Shown here: positions 63,301-64,000 of the stretch, piece by piece
Numbering within the stretch: the stretch's first letter is position 1
How the letters are laid out: each line of letters opens with the position of its first letter
Assembly (NCBI GenBank): GCA_973895155.1
Contig: OZ316896.1
Location: 22,091,722 to 22,155,721, forward strand
Direction of reading: 5' to 3'
Length of the DNA stretch: 64,000 nucleotides
Origin: Marsupella aquatica
Taxonomy: Eukaryota > Plantae > Marchantiophyta
Program-made: the position numbers and the translations under genes
Notes under the pieces: model-generated
Database searches by the model: none
The model's input: only the letters and a program-made list of their open reading frames with translations
Told to the model about the DNA's origin: nothing

Positions 63301-63999
63301 TTCCAGAGGTATGCCCTTCCCGTGATTGAACTTCTTGATCAACTGTGGAATCGCCTTCATGAGATCCAGCGCGTCCTCGACTGTCTGCGGTGCCGGCCGA
63401 TCATCTGGTACCACATCTCCCTGCACTTTGATAGAGAATGTATCCATCTCATGGTTCTCCTTGTCACTGTATATAACGGCCCCCTTACCAGAGATTTGTA
63501 CTGCAATGTGCGTGAGAGTTGATTGCAGCGCTCCTGCGATCTCCTTTGCCTGAAGGGAGTTGTCCACCTTCCTCTCAAATGTCACAAAAACATTGGCACC
63601 CCAACGGATCTTGGACACCACGTGGGTCGCCTCGGGTTTGAGAAACTGCTCCGTGATGACGCACGGGCTCAACTTTTCGTGGTGCAGGTTGATGGTGTCC
63701 TCCTTTGTAGTAATGCTGTAGATCAGCGTCGCACGAACTACCTTCTGACTGTTGACCTCATCGTTCAGATACTTTCCCGAGCCTGAGAGCGAGAGGAGGC
63801 CAGATAACACGCTGATCTTCAGACCCGCTTCGACGCTGAGCTTGTGGAACTTGTGTTGATAAGTATGCTCATAAGTGTATTCACTGAAGATGTTTGGGAC
63901 ATCAATGGAGGTGATGGCTTCGTCGGGTGCTGCGGACCTGAGCAGGGAGACGGTACAGAATTGATCTCGGCGAACATCATACAGATCACAAAGTGAGGC
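60394..63999 (-). CDS. Stonustoxin/neoverrucotoxin-like (SNTX MACPF/CDC) domain fused to a Cys-rich linker, septin/AIG1-like GTPase, Cys/His domain and coiled coil; 5' end beyond the window, at least ~1200 aa, intronless as far as seen
   Basis: My translation stays open from 63999: ASLCDLYDVRRDQF..KLSVEAGLKISVLSGLLSLSGSGKYLND..RATLIYSITT..ATHVVSKIRWGANVFVTFE..GDV..P.T..AL..GIPLEVELYPL. This matches the SNTX-family pattern LGxLYDxR / ASL..S.LGGL.EV.GSAKYLN / ATHVV..I.YGA.AFFVF / VP..VWL.PL. GTPase motifs are GQTGVGKT, STQSC, DTPG, YTNS. Confidence 0.85.
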   Translation of the reverse strand, partial: ASLCDLYDVRRDQFCTVSLLRSAAPDEAITSIDVPNIFSEYTYEHTYQHKFHKLSVEAGLKISVLSGLLSLSGSGKYLNDEVNSQKVVRATLIYSITTKEDTINLHHEKLSPCVITEQFLKPEATHVVSKIRWGANVFVTFERKVDNSLQAKEIAGALQSTLTHIAVQISGKGAVIYSDKENHEMDTFSIKVQGDVVPDDRPAPQTVEDALDLMKAIPQLIKKFNHGKGIPLEVELYPLDRLADHFGTSIKEDKLKNDIDVACIGNVEAEVDNIVHQKQILHDFVAEVKDFSEHVSQEDLKECIHYQQKVNTADAEFRGSLKHAILAIRQKGDATSILHDVLRKYHENPHGAHEIPVFIDKKSALTNKMNFFQTMKDKDVDFLPKANSIDNFVAQHDNQDVYILYYSDAQRSTEKWQNTNSVFQEKIKERNEALKSTDNGVAGSLTTGTALSMSPKFVIVDVALHSHAPGANLSVHIARYSNGRLVTNDVVKDTASAVTQNIIRWTSIDKFGRPPRNITVTGFICPLALKSRCSAERRQWVCHSCNQPMKYIPGDHFYCNCGGVLLQDCQFKCCDPQHGCQYRCFRSLEDLKEQLPKITGPNSINILLLGQTGVGKTTLINALVNYLEYSTLQDATAGGVKVLIPSKFTQGTTTVQVGEADSQEACTKPDYMGQSSTQSCRSHYFTVGERQFRIIDTPGIGDVRGFQQDKQNTEHVLQYLGNVGQLHGICILLKPNESRLTPEFMFCLTSLLTNLHKHAANNIMFCYTNSRSTFYSHGDTHGLIVEMLSRIKKKHGQQIPYDETNTFYFDSESFRLLACIQHGMQFPQNVIKAYSGSWDKSVEETGRLLQAILDVEPHDVAETVSLNDARKLITLLARPLAEIANTITSNIIKISQQRETIDDAKNDEDQLQACLWRDMEVLEMTPINRPRTVCTSNSCIRTVDSATEYSSICHDPCYLENVPHDTVGHLALRQCHCMDETGKCKIGSCRCDWRQHQHILYSSRRVQVRKKDESVEKQIEDKTSAKEIVESKVKKVEQEIEELDAEKKKISSASARFAVFLKENAITPFNDSTDQYLQNMIKHRRNMGEMDQVRGLEELRKEYQHEIKLYEGSLAQSSSMSSLTSGSATPRPLRPEDVQRVLTELENLPHSGASLRQQMRASKECTAQIETYSRSSTHSSPNFTSKWNGVFSKFTVGLNRF

Positions 64000-64000
64000 A

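Overview
Eukaryotic nuclear DNA from a land plant (GT-AG introns, plant-type proteins; a bryophyte/liverwort-like lineage is my inference only). The left third holds host genes: a divergent, apparently 3'-truncated SLC35C2/TPT-family transporter, an intronless plastid-type alpha-glucan phosphorylase (PHO1-like), an 8-exon ribulose-phosphate 3-epimerase with a 5-nt micro-exon, and a 5-exon U4/U6 snRNP PRP4 gene. The right two-thirds is transposon-rich. It has a LINE with poly(A) and an exact 15-bp TSD, a ~9.5-kb composite block bounded by two outward-facing Helitron-like 3' ends that contains an RPA-like OB-fold ORF and a broken MULE/SWIM transposase, and a complete but decayed Ty1/copia element. 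Bracketing this TE island are two intronless paralogous P-loop GTPase genes. The right one, open to the window edge, fuses a stonustoxin/perforin-like (SNTX MACPF/CDC) N-terminus and a Cys-rich linker to the GTPase. The left one has the same GTPase and C-terminal modules without the toxin part. This pore-former-GTPase fusion plus its stand-alone GTPase paralog is the best candidate for an undescribed plant system, possibly immune and possibly horizontally acquired. All family calls come from motif recognition by eye, not database searches.
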